Source of the DNA: Lachnospiraceae bacterium
GTDB taxonomy: Bacteria; Bacillota; Clostridia; Lachnospirales; Lachnospiraceae
Assembly (NCBI GenBank): GCA_045597165.1
Contig: JAZODS010000020.1
Span: 37,281-101,280 of the forward strand
Direction: 5' to 3'
Length of the DNA: 64,000 nt
Below, piece after piece: positions 62,880 through 64,000 of this stretch (position 1 is the first letter of the stretch; every line of letters begins with the position of its first letter). A program made the position numbers and the translations under genes. The notes under the pieces are model-generated. The model searched no databases. It worked only from the letters and a program-made list of their open reading frames with translations, and was not told where the DNA came from.

Positions 62880-63596
62880 TTAACGACTAAAGGTGGGAAC
62901 TCCAAATCCGTCTTGCTTCAACAGTGCCAGATAATCTCCCGATACATCGACATCCTTCGGAGAAAGAATGAAAATGTAGCCCGAAATCTGAAGCAACTTG
63001 CCGTCGAGTGTATAGACACAGCCGGATACGAAGTCCATGATTCTCTGCGCCTTCGAAATATCCAAGCCCTCAAGGTTTACGATGATCGGCTTGCCTGCCA
63101 TAAGCATATCGCTGATATCCTGCGCATCTTCAATGCTGGACGGCTTAGAGATGTTCACTTCTGATAAGGATGCTCTGGAAGGAGCTGATGCACGATTCAA
63201 GGACACCACCTTATTGGTGGAACGCTGATTAGCTGCGGTCATCGGCTGAGCGGATGCCGAAGTGGAATTCATAGATGTACCGTTCTGAAGACGATTCGCA
63301 TTTGCTCTTGCTGCCACACTGGAATAGGATTCGCGAGTAGCTGCGGTCTTCTCGTTGCTTCTTGAGAACAAGCTGGAAGCTCTGGAAGCGGTTCGGCGAG
63401 GTGCGTATTCCTCTTCGTCAACGTCATCCTCTTCGTAAGCTGCTTCTAATTCACGCTGCTTCTGAGCTTTCTTGGCTGCTTTCTTGCTTTCCTTACTGCG
63501 CTCCTCCGCAACGTAATCTTCATATTCATCGTAATCATCAAAATCCGCATCGTCGTTCAAACGAATTGCATCTAAAAAGTTTGACAAAAATCCCAT
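62880..63596 (-). CDS. sepF: Cell division protein SepF (long disordered linker)
   Basis: N-terminal amphipathic MGFLSNFLDAIRL. C-terminal core KPIIVNLEGLDISKAQRIMDFVSGCVYTLDGKLLQISGYIFILSP. Confidence 0.9.
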   Translation of the reverse strand: MGFLSNFLDAIRLNDDADFDDYDEYEDYVAEERSKESKKAAKKAQKQRELEAAYEEDDVDEEEYAPRRTASRASSLFSRSNEKTAATRESYSSVAARANANRLQNGTSMNSTSASAQPMTAANQRSTNKVVSLNRASAPSRASLSEVNISKPSSIEDAQDISDMLMAGKPIIVNLEGLDISKAQRIMDFVSGCVYTLDGKLLQISGYIFILSPKDVDVSGDYLALLKQDGFGVPTFSR

Positions 63597-63611
63597 GGCT
63601 GTTCATCCCTT

Positions 63612-64000
63612 CTATAATTCATAATTTCTTTCGCCGAAAATCTTACTTCCGATACGGACGTGAGTGGCGCCCTCCTCAATAGCAATCTCATAATCGCCGC
63701 TCATGCCCATGGACAGAATGTCCATATTGATATTATCAATGTTTTCGGCGTTAATGTCAACTGCTAATTGCTTCATTTGCCTAAAATAGCATCGGTTCGT
63801 CTCGGGTTCTTCCGTATACGGTGCAACCGTCATAAGTCCGCGTATTCGAACGTTCTTAAGTGCGGCCAATTCTCGGATTGTCGGAAGCACATCTTCCGCT
63901 CTGAGGCCGAATTTGGATTCCTCCCCTGCAAGATTGACCTCAAGAAGAATATCTTGAAGCTTATTGATCTTGGCTGCTTCTTTGTCAATCTCATATGCCA
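63612..64000 (-). CDS. yggS: YggS/YlmE-family PLP homeostasis protein, C-terminal part; the 5' end lies beyond the window
   Basis: My translation stays open to nt 63998: ...LLEVNLAGEESKFGLRAEDVLPTIRELAALKNVRIRGLMTVAP...LSMGMSGDYEIAIEEGATHVRIGSKIFG. Confidence 0.88.
   Translation of the reverse strand, partial: AYEIDKEAAKINKLQDILLEVNLAGEESKFGLRAEDVLPTIRELAALKNVRIRGLMTVAPYTEEPETNRCYFRQMKQLAVDINAENIDNINMDILSMGMSGDYEIAIEEGATHVRIGSKIFGERNYEL

Noticed and set aside
62880-63596. SepF with an unusually long (~140-aa) charged, Ser-rich linker between the membrane helix and the FtsZ-binding core.
   Set aside because: Linker length in SepF is highly variable between lineages. The N-terminal amphipathic helix and the C-terminal core are both canonical.

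Overview
64-kb chromosomal segment that looks like a spore-forming Firmicute of the Clostridia. The Lachnospiraceae/Clostridiales-like assignment is an inference from gene order and protein motifs only. I call about 58 protein genes and one tRNA-Glu(CUC). I see no rRNA, no CRISPR array and no recognisable prophage or transposon.

Gene content, in order:
- rseP(partial)-ispG-polC, then tRNA-Glu, then a GH10 xylanase lipoprotein and alaS, then rpsU.
- yqfC-yqfD-phoH-ybeY and a SpoVB-like flippase, followed by two flavoproteins.
- proB-DUF896-MTHFS-proA-miaB, then rny.
- An aminotransferase, proC, a NUDIX hydrolase and spoIIM.
- pdp, a DD-carboxypeptidase, a phosphoesterase, scpA-scpB and a second DD-carboxypeptidase.
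- An SNF2/SWIM helicase, then two minus-strand zinc-ribbon proteins.
- Radical SAM (TIGR03960-like), DUF2344 and rng.
- rplU-prp-rpmA-obg-yhbY-nadD-yqeK-rsfS.
- lexA divergent from a LysM yneA-like gene.
- A visibly more AT-rich stretch: ttcA-like, moxR-DUF58-transglutaminase, a tyrosine recombinase, an orphan BlaI-type repressor and a DUF4143-type ATPase.
- rluD-lspA-divIVA-sepF-yggS(partial) on the minus strand.

Most of the window is ordinary core genome. The items worth a second look are:
1. A PolC replicase that lacks the proofreading exonuclease domain normally inserted in its PHP domain.
2. A tandem pair of paralogous zinc-ribbon proteins. One is an 872-aa hyper-acidic repeat protein and the other is membrane-anchored.
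3. 25-bp tandem repeats that encode a ladder of mini-ORFs. The last one is stop/start-coupled to the transglutaminase gene.
4. An integrase / orphan blaI / ATPase patch.
5. A four-operator SOS control region.

Everything was read by eye. No database search or computation was run.
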